NCBI GenBank assembly: GCA_020722265.1
Contig: DYLA01000004.1
Span: forward strand, 1-42,080
Source: Anaerolinea sp.
GTDB taxonomy: Bacteria > Chloroflexota > Anaerolineae > UBA4142
Direction of reading: 5' to 3'
Length of the DNA stretch: 42,080 nt
Within the stretch, counting starts at the first letter, position 1. The number at the start of each line of letters is the position of its first letter. The notes below the pieces were generated by a model. It saw only the letters and a list, made by a program, of their open reading frames with translations, had not been told where the DNA came from and made no database searches. Of this stretch, positions 7,461-15,877 are shown piece after piece. A program made the translations under genes and the position numbers.

Positions 7461-10400
7461 TCAACGCGGTCTGCAACTCGGAATAGTGGGCGATGACTCC
7501 GGGTTCCAGCCATTCGCTCGCGCGGAAAGGCTGGCGCCACGCGGTCTCGTCCTGCCCGGTGTAGTGTTTGCTCCAATCGATGAGGAAACTGTCTGGGAGG
7601 AGGCGCAGGCGCAGACTGCCCAAGCCCAGGTGCCGGCAGCGTCCCAATTTGTGCGCGAGGTTCGATTCGAGCACGACGCACCAGACCAAGCGCTGGAGTT
7701 CTTGCCGTTCCAGATTCCAAAAGCGAATCGTAAAGCGCGCACGCGCGCCCGGCAAAATCGCGCGCAGGTAACTGGCTTGCGCGGTGGTGGGCTGGAAATC
7801 GTTCGCGCGTTTGACGATGGGCGCGAGGGGCGCGTGGAGGAACAATCGCCACGTGTTGGCGATGCGATGCAGCGGTACGGCTTTGCCGGCTTGGTGACTC
7901 CATTGCCCGTTGGCGAACGTCCAACCCGAGTATGGATACGGCACTTGGAACCACGCGAGGTCGGGCGATTCGAACAACGCAAAGCCGAAGGCGAGACGTC
8001 CCATAATCGCGTTGTTCTGCCCCAGACCGACCCAGCCGAACAAACTGTCCACGGGATTCAAGTGGTGCAAGTCCTCGCTCGCTTTAGCGGAATCGCTGGC
8101 GATGGCGTAGAGGTGGCGCAGCATCCCCTTGAGACTGCGACTCGGCAGGGCGTAGGTGCGCGTCGCGGGACGGAGGTCCGCTTCGGCAGGCGCCATCGAG
8201 AACGCGTCCCAGCCGTTGACGGTTCCATCGGCGAGTGTAGCGCGGAACGAAGGTTCTCCGCTCTCGCGGACGTGGAGCGGTGTCAAGACCTCTGCCTCCA
8301 CTGCCAAGGTGCCGCAATAGCCACCAAAGGCGCGGTGCGAGATAAAACCTGCCATCGCGCGCGGAGGCGTCTCGGCGACCGGTGTCGGCGGGGCGAACTT
8401 GCTGAGCGCGCTCAAGCGCGCGAGTGCGTCAGTGGCGGCTTGTTGTTTGAGCGTCAGAGTTTGCCATACTCCCGCGCGCGCGAGCGGCGCGTCGCCGAAC
8501 AGGCGAGTGGTCATGCCATCGGTTTGGCTGGTGAGCCACGTGATTTCGGCGACTTGGGCTTTGACCCAGCCAAAGCCACTTGTTTTTTCGCCGCCGAGTG
8601 GAACATCGCCGCGCTGCCAATCTTGGATGAGGTGAGCGAGGAAGGCGAGCGCTTCGAGGTTGGCTTCGGAAATGTCCTGCACATCCAGTTGACATTGGAA
8701 GACGAGGGGCGCGCCGTAGGCGAAGAGGTAATCGTGCTTGGCGGTTTCGACGGGGCGCCCGGTGGCGGGGTCCATTCGCACGCCGTCCATCGAGCACCAC
8801 GTTCGTTCGGGGGCGTGGGGGTCTTGGAGGTACGCGTCGGAGAAAAAGACGGCGCCGCGTTTGCCCTGCGCGCCGAAGAGATGGTCCAGCATCTGCGTCG
8901 TGCGCGGCGATTCGCCCCAGAGGGCTTTGAGCACTTGCGTGGCGCGCTTGCGGAGCGCGCCCTTGAGGGTGCTGCCGGGGATGTAGATTTCCCACGCGGC
9001 TTGTTCTTGCGTGGAGGGCGCCCAGGCGAGCATCCGCATAAACATCGTGTCGTACGGCTTGCCGTACTCGCGCGAGACGTCGCGGTTGAACGGTCCCCCG
9101 GCGCGAAAATCAACGTGATGCGGCTGCACCAACTCTTGGCGCACGCGCGCGCGATGCGCCTGGAGGAACGCGATAAAGTTGCGGTCGTTCACGATGCTCT
9201 TGCGGAGGTTGACCGGGTGAAGCATATGTTGATAGCGCACGCGGCGGTGTTCTTCGAGGAACGTGCGCCACGCCGCGGCGGTGATCCCTTCGGGTGGCTG
9301 GTTGCGATTGTTCCATTGCGCCTCGCTGAGTTTGCCTTCGAGGAGGAGCGTTTTGATGCGCATGTGTTGTTCACGGTTGGCAATTTCCGCGTCCACCCAG
9401 GCATCGCTTTGCAGTAGTGTGATCTGCTGTTCCACTTGGAGATAGAGCCCGGGGAGAATCGGCTTGCACGCGTCCGCGAAAATCTGGGTGAGCGCGGCTT
9501 CGTTCTGAATGTTCGCTGCCACGCCTGCTTCGAGCGCGGGATCGAGTCCGAGCGCGTGTGTGAGTTCGAGCCACGCCTCGCGATTGAACTGGGGCGCGCC
9601 GCCGCGCTGGCGTTCCATCACTTCGAGAATGCGCTTTGCCATATTGGCTTTGTCGCCGAGCGCGTCTTTGAGCGCGGCTTCGGCGGCGGCTTGGCTGGGG
9701 AAGGGTTGGTCGCACAGTGGTTTCGCCGCGTCGAGCACTTTTTGTGAGAGGGGGAATTTGCCTTTGCCCAATTTGGCGAGCGCGGCGGCGCGCAGCGTCC
9801 AAGTCTCTCCCTCGCCGCCGCAGCGGTCTTGCAGCCACACCGCGAGGACGCGGGGCAAATAGTCGGTAAAACGACGCTGCCAATCTTCCGGGCTGATGAT
9901 CGGACCGCCGATGACCATTGCCAGACGCTGGCGGACGGATTCGGGGAGCGCGCGCATCGCTTCGATGAGGAGGCGTCCTTCGATGGCGGCGAACGCCGGC
10001 ACTTCGGGGTCTACTTTGCCCCAGTTCCATCCGACGAGGACGGGATTGACGGCGTTGAATGTCAGTTTGATGCGGAGATGATTCGCGCCGGTCGAGAGGG
10101 TGGGCAGCGTGGCGGGCGTGTCTAAGGGCAAGTCCATTTCGAGGCGGACGCGTCCAAGTCCCTTGCTCTTGCCTGCGCCGAACCAAAAGCGACCTTCCTT
10201 CAATTCCTGGAGCGCATAGTACAGCCGCGCCGCATTGTCCTCTTTTTGCAGTACCGCATCGTTGACCGACATTGCGAAATCGAAGGCGGCGTTGCGGAAA
10301 AGAGTCTCCATTTTGTAATTCGCGTTCGCTTCGGCTGCCCAGCGGTCTTCGTCGAGGCGGAGTCCCATCCGCAAATCGAAAAAGTGATCACGTGGGTACG

Positions 10401-10674
10401 ACTCTTTTTGCAATCGGCACTCGACGCGGGTGATCAGCCCCGCTGGCAACGGGTCGCCGTACAGACGCAACCACAGCCGGTTGAGTAAACCAACGTTCCT
10501 GCCATCGCGCGATTGCCCGATGAACGCGTCCATCAACGCCTGCGCCGTACCGGAGATTTCACCAGCCAGCGAGACGAGTTGTTGCGTTCCATCGCCGTCG
10601 CGGGTGAACAGCGTTTTGCGCGCGTTGCCACGGAAGATTGGTGTCTCGGCGATAAGTTGTCCGTGTAAAAGCAT
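7444..10674 (-). CDS. Single-chain type III effector with three fused Cas7 (Csm3-like RAMP) domains and a large helical insertion (Cas7-11-like), ~1076 aa
   Basis: Three RAMP first strands (LIAETPIFRG, FNAVNPVLVG, AEVLTPLHV), two Cas7 signatures (IPGSTLKGALR, LPSRSLKGMLR), LFG..G motifs (HLFGAQGKRGAVFFSDA, SLFGWV..MGRLAF), three G-rich loops (FGAGKSKGLG, LGGEKTSGFG, LGRCRHLGLG); ATG 10674 follows SD GGAGG. Confidence 0.9.
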   Translation of the reverse strand: MLLHGQLIAETPIFRGNARKTLFTRDGDGTQQLVSLAGEISGTAQALMDAFIGQSRDGRNVGLLNRLWLRLYGDPLPAGLITRVECRLQKESYPRDHFFDLRMGLRLDEDRWAAEANANYKMETLFRNAAFDFAMSVNDAVLQKEDNAARLYYALQELKEGRFWFGAGKSKGLGRVRLEMDLPLDTPATLPTLSTGANHLRIKLTFNAVNPVLVGWNWGKVDPEVPAFAAIEGRLLIEAMRALPESVRQRLAMVIGGPIISPEDWQRRFTDYLPRVLAVWLQDRCGGEGETWTLRAAALAKLGKGKFPLSQKVLDAAKPLCDQPFPSQAAAEAALKDALGDKANMAKRILEVMERQRGGAPQFNREAWLELTHALGLDPALEAGVAANIQNEAALTQIFADACKPILPGLYLQVEQQITLLQSDAWVDAEIANREQHMRIKTLLLEGKLSEAQWNNRNQPPEGITAAAWRTFLEEHRRVRYQHMLHPVNLRKSIVNDRNFIAFLQAHRARVRQELVQPHHVDFRAGGPFNRDVSREYGKPYDTMFMRMLAWAPSTQEQAAWEIYIPGSTLKGALRKRATQVLKALWGESPRTTQMLDHLFGAQGKRGAVFFSDAYLQDPHAPERTWCSMDGVRMDPATGRPVETAKHDYLFAYGAPLVFQCQLDVQDISEANLEALAFLAHLIQDWQRGDVPLGGEKTSGFGWVKAQVAEITWLTSQTDGMTTRLFGDAPLARAGVWQTLTLKQQAATDALARLSALSKFAPPTPVAETPPRAMAGFISHRAFGGYCGTLAVEAEVLTPLHVRESGEPSFRATLADGTVNGWDAFSMAPAEADLRPATRTYALPSRSLKGMLRHLYAIASDSAKASEDLHHLNPVDSLFGWVGLGQNNAIMGRLAFGFALFESPDLAWFQVPYPYSGWTFANGQWSHQAGKAVPLHRIANTWRLFLHAPLAPIVKRANDFQPTTAQASYLRAILPGARARFTIRFWNLERQELQRLVWCVVLESNLAHKLGRCRHLGLGSLRLRLLPDSFLIDWSKHYTGQDETAWRQPFRASEWLEPGVIAHYSELQTALNVQSV

Positions 10675-10691
10675 CTTTGCCTCCCAGTCAA

Positions 10692-10813
10692 AGCCAAACT
10701 TTCGCACCCTAGACCCAGCGATAGGGAAGAGCGGTTGAGACGCCCCGCCGGGGCGTCTTGGGCTTGAGCCTGTCCGTTGGCTGGTCCAAGCGTACAGGTG
10801 CGAAATCTTGGCT
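10692..10813 (-). other. Structured 5' leader of the cas operon (long closing stem enclosing a REP-like hairpin)
   Basis: AGCCAAGATTTCGCACC pairs with GGTGCGAAAGTTTGGCT (15 Watson-Crick pairs, 1 GU, 1 mismatch); internal perfect hairpin AGACGCCCC-GGC-GGGGCGTCT at 10738-10758. Confidence 0.5.
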
Positions 10814-10840
10814 AAGTAGATTGAACGTGCAAGCAACTCG

Positions 10841-10869
10841 ATTATACCACCTATTCCAGTACAATGCAA
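10841..10869 (-). promoter_or_regulatory. Sigma70-type promoter of the cas operon
   Basis: TTGCAT-N17-TATAAT with extended TG on the minus strand. Confidence 0.7.
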
Positions 10870-10874
10870 CAAGT

Positions 10875-10903
10875 TTGGAAAAATCGCGTGAACGCGGTAG
10901 AAT
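10875..10903 (+). promoter_or_regulatory. Divergent promoter for the oxidoreductase alpha subunit
   Basis: TTGGAA-N17-TAGAAT upstream of SD GAAAGGAG and ATG 10926. Confidence 0.55.
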
Positions 10904-10925
10904 GGTAAATGAAAGGAGAGTTTCG

Positions 10926-12050
10926 ATGCGCGAATTTATGGATGGCGCGGAGGCGATTGTGCGCGGCGCGCTGGCGGCGGGCTGCAATTTTTTCGCGGGG
11001 TATCCGATCACGCCGGCGACGCCGATCCTCTTGCGGATGCTGCGCGAGTTACCCAAGACAGGCGGCATCGGAATTCAGGGAGAAGACGAAATTGCGAGTA
11101 TCGGGATGTGCATCGGCGCGGCGATGACCGGCGCAAAAGCGATGACCGCGACGAGTGGTCCGGGCATCAGTTTGTATTCCGAGAATATCGGCATGGCGAT
11201 AATGGGCGAGGTGCCGCTGGTGATCGTGGATGTGATGCGGCTGGGTCCCGCGACCGGTGGCGCGACGACGGTGGCGCAGGGGGATGTGCAATTCTTGCGC
11301 TGGGTGACGAGCGGCGGTTTTCCGATCATCGCGTTGTGCCCCAGCAGCATTGCTGATTGTTACACGCTGACGCAGCGCGCGTTCAATCTGGCGGAGCGCT
11401 TTCGTACGCCGGTCTTTCTCGCGACCGATAAGGAGATGGTGACCGCGCAGCAGAGCGTAGAGACGGACGCGTTCCAAACGCTGCCGCGTGTCGAACGCGT
11501 GGGTGCACCAGCAGACGCCGAGTTCGTCCCGTACCATGTCAAGAAACTTGCGGATGTGCCCGCGTTCGCGCCGATTGGAGGGATGCACCTCACGCGGTTT
11601 ACCACTTCGATGCACGACGAGCGCGGGATGCTGACCAAGATTCGCGTGAACGTGAACAAGACGAGCCGGCACTTGTATCAGAAAATCGAAGCGCACTGCG
11701 ACGAGTTGGAATTCGTCACGTGGGACGCGCAGGAGGGGGCGGCGACGTTGGTCGTGAGTTACGGCATCAGTGCGCGTTCCGCGCTTGAAGCGGTGCGCTT
11801 GGCGCGCGCAACGGGGGCGCGCGTGTCATCGCTCGTCGTCCAATCGTTGTGGCCCCCGCCCGCGCGCGCGTTGCGCGTTGCCTTGCGCGGCGTCTCGCGC
11901 GTCATCGTCCCGGAGTTGAACTTGGGTCAGTATCGGTTGGAGATCGAGCGCGCGGCGTGTTCGCTCGATCCGCGCCCGCAAGTGATCGGCGTGAATCGCG
12001 TGGATGGTGAGTTGATTGCGCCGGAGGAGATCGCAGAACTAGTCGCCTAG
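10926..12050 (+). CDS. 2-oxoacid:ferredoxin oxidoreductase alpha subunit
   Basis: FFAGYPITPAT, EDEIAS, TATSGPG, RxGPATG, VPELNLGQY. Confidence 0.92.
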   Translation: MREFMDGAEAIVRGALAAGCNFFAGYPITPATPILLRMLRELPKTGGIGIQGEDEIASIGMCIGAAMTGAKAMTATSGPGISLYSENIGMAIMGEVPLVIVDVMRLGPATGGATTVAQGDVQFLRWVTSGGFPIIALCPSSIADCYTLTQRAFNLAERFRTPVFLATDKEMVTAQQSVETDAFQTLPRVERVGAPADAEFVPYHVKKLADVPAFAPIGGMHLTRFTTSMHDERGMLTKIRVNVNKTSRHLYQKIEAHCDELEFVTWDAQEGAATLVVSYGISARSALEAVRLARATGARVSSLVVQSLWPPPARALRVALRGVSRVIVPELNLGQYRLEIERAACSLDPRPQVIGVNRVDGELIAPEEIAELVA

Positions 12051-12122
12051 TAGTGCATCAACTTGACACCTGCCCTAGCGGGGCTAGGGCAGTGCATAGT
12101 CCAATTCGAGTTGCTGCCCTAG
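12051..12122. repeat. Small palindromic element (MITE/REP-like)
   Basis: Imperfect terminal IR TAGTGCATCAACT / AGTTGCTGCCCTA (11/13) around hairpin CTGCCCTAGC-GGG-GCTAGGGCAG. Confidence 0.45.
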
Positions 12123-12158
12123 TCGCGGGGTGGTCTCGTTGGATGGTCGGAGGATGCT

Positions 12159-13007
12159 ATGCCAAAGATCGCGGTGGTCACTGACAGTGCGGCGTGTGTT
12201 CCTCCCGCATTGAGAGAAGCGCTCGATATTCATCAGGTCGCGTTCGAGTTGGTGTGGGGCGGCGTCGTCTATCGCGACGGTGTGGATATTGCGCCGGCAG
12301 AGTTCTATCGGCGTTTCCGCGCGTCGGCACCCAGTTACCCCACGACGTCGCAGCCGCCGCTGGGCGCGTTTCTCGCGTTGTACACGGAACTGGGACGAAC
12401 ACACGATGGCATCGTTTCGATTCACGTTTCGGGGGATATGACCGGCACCGTCCGGACCGCGCGGTTGGCGGCGGAGCAGAGCGGCGTGCCGGTGCGGGTG
12501 TTGGATTCGCGCACGGCGACGATAGCGGAGGGGTTTGTGGTGCTGGCGGCGGCGCGCGCGGCAACCACTGGCGCGTCGCTCGACGAGGTGGTGAGTGCGG
12601 CGGAACGCGTCATCAGCCGCGTGGATTTCTTTGCGACGCTCAAGACGCTGGAGCACATTCGGCGCGGCGGGCGGCTGGGCGAGGCGGCGGCGCTCCTCGG
12701 TAGTCAGTTGAAGATCGTGCCGGTGCTCAATCTCAAGAATGGACGCGTGAGTGTCGTTGGACTGACGCGTTCGTGGAGTCACGCGCGTCAGGAGATTGTG
12801 GATTTGGCGGTGGGGCGGCTGGGTGACAAGGCGAATGTTCACGCCTCGGTCTTTCATGGCGACGCGCCGGAGGACGCGGCGTGGCTGCGCGAGCAGTTGC
12901 TTGCGCGCGTCTCTTGCGCCGAGTTCTATGTGACCGAGTTTACGCCGGTGATGGGCGCGCACACCGGTCCGGACGTGGTGGGATTGGCGTTCTATGTGGA
13001 CGATTGA
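12159..13007 (+). CDS. DegV family fatty-acid-binding protein (FakB-like)
   Basis: IAVVTDS, PTTSQP, LEHIRRGGR, VMGAHTGP. Confidence 0.93.
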   Translation: MPKIAVVTDSAACVPPALREALDIHQVAFELVWGGVVYRDGVDIAPAEFYRRFRASAPSYPTTSQPPLGAFLALYTELGRTHDGIVSIHVSGDMTGTVRTARLAAEQSGVPVRVLDSRTATIAEGFVVLAAARAATTGASLDEVVSAAERVISRVDFFATLKTLEHIRRGGRLGEAAALLGSQLKIVPVLNLKNGRVSVVGLTRSWSHARQEIVDLAVGRLGDKANVHASVFHGDAPEDAAWLREQLLARVSCAEFYVTEFTPVMGAHTGPDVVGLAFYVDD

Positions 13008-13659
13008 GACGCTGGGCTTGATTCTCGCCAGTTACCTGTGGGGCTCGCTCTCTCCCTCGTTCATTGCCGCGCGCGTGCTCAAAGGGATTGACCTACGAGA
13101 GTACGGCAGCGCCAATGTCGGCGGATCGAACATCGGGCAACAGCTGGGGTTCGCGTGGATGATCGCGGTCGGTACCGCCGATCTGCTCAAGGGATTTTTG
13201 CCGATCGCGCTCGCGCGCGTGGTAGGACTCGATCTCGGCGTAGCGGTCTCTGCCGGGATCGCCACGATCATCGGACACAACTGGTCGCTCTATCTTGGCT
13301 TGCGCGGTGGACGTGGTATCGGCACAACGGTGGGCGCGCTCTTCGCGCTGGACGCGCGACTGGCGATGTTGTTTCTCGGCGCGCTCGCCATCGGCTATGT
13401 CACCAAGCAAGGCGCGCCAGCAACGGCGGTGGGATTGTTGCTGCTCGCGCCGAGCGCGTGGGCGATGGGCGATCCGCGCGAAATCGTTTGGATGACGATG
13501 GGGATCGCGCTGGTCGTCTTCATCAAACGCTTGGAGGCGAATCGTCTGCCGCTGCCGCGCGACGCGCGCGCCCGACGCGTCGTGCTGTGGCGCCGATTCT
13601 GGTTGGATCGCGATGTGCCGCGCGATCAGGCGTGGGAGAGGCGCGGGCGAATTCATTGA
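12994..13659 (+). CDS. plsY: Acyl-phosphate:glycerol-3-phosphate acyltransferase
   Basis: YLWGS...GIDLREYGSANVGGSN, DLLKG, GHNWS...GGRGIGT; multi-TM. Confidence 0.85.
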   Translation: MWTIETLGLILASYLWGSLSPSFIAARVLKGIDLREYGSANVGGSNIGQQLGFAWMIAVGTADLLKGFLPIALARVVGLDLGVAVSAGIATIIGHNWSLYLGLRGGRGIGTTVGALFALDARLAMLFLGALAIGYVTKQGAPATAVGLLLLAPSAWAMGDPREIVWMTMGIALVVFIKRLEANRLPLPRDARARRVVLWRRFWLDRDVPRDQAWERRGRIH

Positions 13660-13696
13660 CCGCCGACCGCTCACGATTGGCAGCGGTCAGCAGTCG

Positions 13697-14431
13697 CTAT
13701 CCCCGCAGCACGCGCGCGATCAGCGCGGCGACGCGCGGGTTCGCCCAGTAGTGGTGCGATTGGAGTCGCCCGCGCGCGCCGTCAATTTGCTCGTCGCGAA
13801 TCGGATAGGTGGGGAAGACCGCGGCAATCGGCGCGGCGATCAGATCGCGCGGGGCGTACACGTTGAGCCACTGCTTGACCGTTTGCGGCGTGATCGCGCC
13901 CAGGTCAGCGGTGCGCTGACCGGAGCGGACGAGCGTTCGCAGTGCGCAGCCGAGTGTGATCCACGCGGCGATGTTGTAGTGGTCGGCTTCGGCGCGCAGG
14001 ACATCGAACGCGACGATGCAGCCAAGCGATTCACTGACAAGGACGATTTCGTAGCCGTGCCGCGTCAACTCATCCAGCGTCGCGCGCAGACGTTCGCGGA
14101 TGATTTCTTTCTTGGGCGAAGGGGTAAAGTATGCCACCACGCCGGCGACACCGTTCACGAAACGATGCAGCCAATCGGCAGTCGTGAGGACGGCGCGCGC
14201 GATGTGGCGCGAGGGTCGCCCGATGAAGTACTGGGCGAGCGTGTGGACGTGCGCGGCGACGCGTTCTCCGATTCGCGAGACGCGCGCCCCCGCATCAATC
14301 AAGTCGCCCCACCAGACGGGGCGATGATGCGGCACTGGGTTGAGATGCGCGGCGAGGGCTTGAGACTGTGGAATCCAAAAATCGCGCTCTGTGCGTCCGG
14401 TGCCGTGAATGGTTACGATGACTCGACTCAT
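13697..14431 (-). CDS. Alpha/beta-hydrolase-fold protein
   Basis: VTIHG oxyanion strand, variant nucleophile elbow VSESLG, ITLG, NVYAPRD and SHHYW as candidate Asp and His. Confidence 0.65.
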   Translation of the reverse strand: MSRVIVTIHGTGRTERDFWIPQSQALAAHLNPVPHHRPVWWGDLIDAGARVSRIGERVAAHVHTLAQYFIGRPSRHIARAVLTTADWLHRFVNGVAGVVAYFTPSPKKEIIRERLRATLDELTRHGYEIVLVSESLGCIVAFDVLRAEADHYNIAAWITLGCALRTLVRSGQRTADLGAITPQTVKQWLNVYAPRDLIAAPIAAVFPTYPIRDEQIDGARGRLQSHHYWANPRVAALIARVLRG

Positions 14432-14537
14432 TTTGTCCTGACAAAAAAGATTGCCGAGCCCGACGTTCTTGGCGCGGCGCGTTAACCGCCCATACTATAG
14501 CACAAATCGGTTTATAACGCAACAGGAGCAAAGTACT

Positions 14538-15860
14538 GTGACTGGAGAACCAATCGCCACCTACCGCAATCCGCAAAAACCACGCTATCCCTTTTGCCCC
14601 GGCTGTTCGCACGCGCTCGTACTCGACCACCTCAACGCCGCGCTCGTCAAACTCCAACTTGACCCGCGTAAGACGGTGATCGTCACCGACATCGGTTGCG
14701 TGGGGATGAGCGATCAATATTTCGACGTGAACGCGTTTCACGGTTTACACGGGCGCGCGGTGACGTACGCGACCGGCATCAAACTCGCCAATCCCGATCT
14801 GCGCGTCATCGCGCTGATCGGCGATGGCGGTGTGGGCATTGGTGGACATCACTTGCTCAACGCGGCGCGGCGCAACATCGGCATCACGGTGCTTGTGTTC
14901 AACAATTTGAATTTTGGAATGACCGGCGGCGAACATTCGGTCACGACGCCCTACGGCGCGATCACTTCGACGACGCGCGGTGGCAATCTGGAGCGTCCGC
15001 TCGATGTGTGCGCGACGGTCGCGGTGAATGGCGCGGCGTTCGTCTATCGCGGCACCGCGTTCGACAAGGGTTTGCCGGACCGAATCGCGGAGGCCATCGA
15101 GACACCTGGCTTTGCGCTGCTCGACATCTGGGAACTGTGCACCGCGTACTATGTGCCGAACAACAGGTTCTCGAAAAACGCGCTGTTGCAAACGATGCAG
15201 GGGTTGGATTTTCGCGTTGGCGTCCTGCAGCACGCGGACCGTCCTGAACTGGCGCGCGCGTACCGCCAAGAAATCTCCAATCCCCAATCCCCAATCGCTC
15301 CACCGCGATCCATCGAGCAAAAGTACAACAGCGCGCTCACGCAAACGACGCGCCTCATCCTCGCCGGCGCGGCGGGCGGCAAGGTGCGTTCCGCCGCGAG
15401 CGCGCTCGCCATCGGCGCGATGTACTGCGGCTTGTGGGCGACGCAGCGCGATGATTATCCAACGACAGTGATGAGCGGCTATTCGGTCTCGGAAGTGATT
15501 TTGAGCCGCGAGGAAATTTTGTATATGGGCATCGAAAAGCCGGACATTCTGGCGGTGCTGTCGCCGGAAGGGCTGTCGCAGGCGCCGCGTCAACTGCGCG
15601 CGATGGACGAATCGCAAACGGTGTACGTTGTCCCCGAACTCGCGGAGCAAGTGGTCACGCGCGCGCGGAAAATCGTCTTCGACTTGGCGCGTGTCAAGCC
15701 GGCGCGCAAATCGCTGGCGGTGATGGCGACCGCTGCCATCGTCCGCCACGCGAATTTGTACCCGCTCGACGCGTTCCGCGAGGCGATCCGCGCCGGGCAG
15801 CGCGCGGAGATCGCGGCGGAGAATTTGCAGGCGGTGGACGCGAGCGAGGCAATCCTGTAG
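14538..15860 (+). CDS. 2-oxoacid:ferredoxin oxidoreductase beta-gamma fusion
   Basis: FCPGCSH, DIGC, HGLHGRA, TPP motif GDGG...NN, GMTGGE; C-terminal gamma domain LILAGAAGG...YSVSEV; GTG start after AGGAG. Confidence 0.88.
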   Translation: MTGEPIATYRNPQKPRYPFCPGCSHALVLDHLNAALVKLQLDPRKTVIVTDIGCVGMSDQYFDVNAFHGLHGRAVTYATGIKLANPDLRVIALIGDGGVGIGGHHLLNAARRNIGITVLVFNNLNFGMTGGEHSVTTPYGAITSTTRGGNLERPLDVCATVAVNGAAFVYRGTAFDKGLPDRIAEAIETPGFALLDIWELCTAYYVPNNRFSKNALLQTMQGLDFRVGVLQHADRPELARAYRQEISNPQSPIAPPRSIEQKYNSALTQTTRLILAGAAGGKVRSAASALAIGAMYCGLWATQRDDYPTTVMSGYSVSEVILSREEILYMGIEKPDILAVLSPEGLSQAPRQLRAMDESQTVYVVPELAEQVVTRARKIVFDLARVKPARKSLAVMATAAIVRHANLYPLDAFREAIRAGQRAEIAAENLQAVDASEAIL

Positions 15861-15877
15861 AACACGGAGAGAAGAAA

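Noticed and set aside
7402-9417. 671-aa plus-strand ORF
   Set aside because: Antisense shadow of the Cas7 fusion in GC-rich DNA; no recognisable motifs
7444-10674. Calling it canonical type III-E Cas7-11 (gRAMP/Craspase)
   Set aside because: Only three Cas7 motif sets, much shorter, no Csx29/30/31 nearby, and a Cas6 and a Cas10-like gene are present
10675-10872. 66-aa N-terminal extension of the Cas7 fusion given in the ORF track
   Set aside because: It overlaps the predicted promoter and leader; ATG 10674 has a good SD and begins at the first RAMP strand
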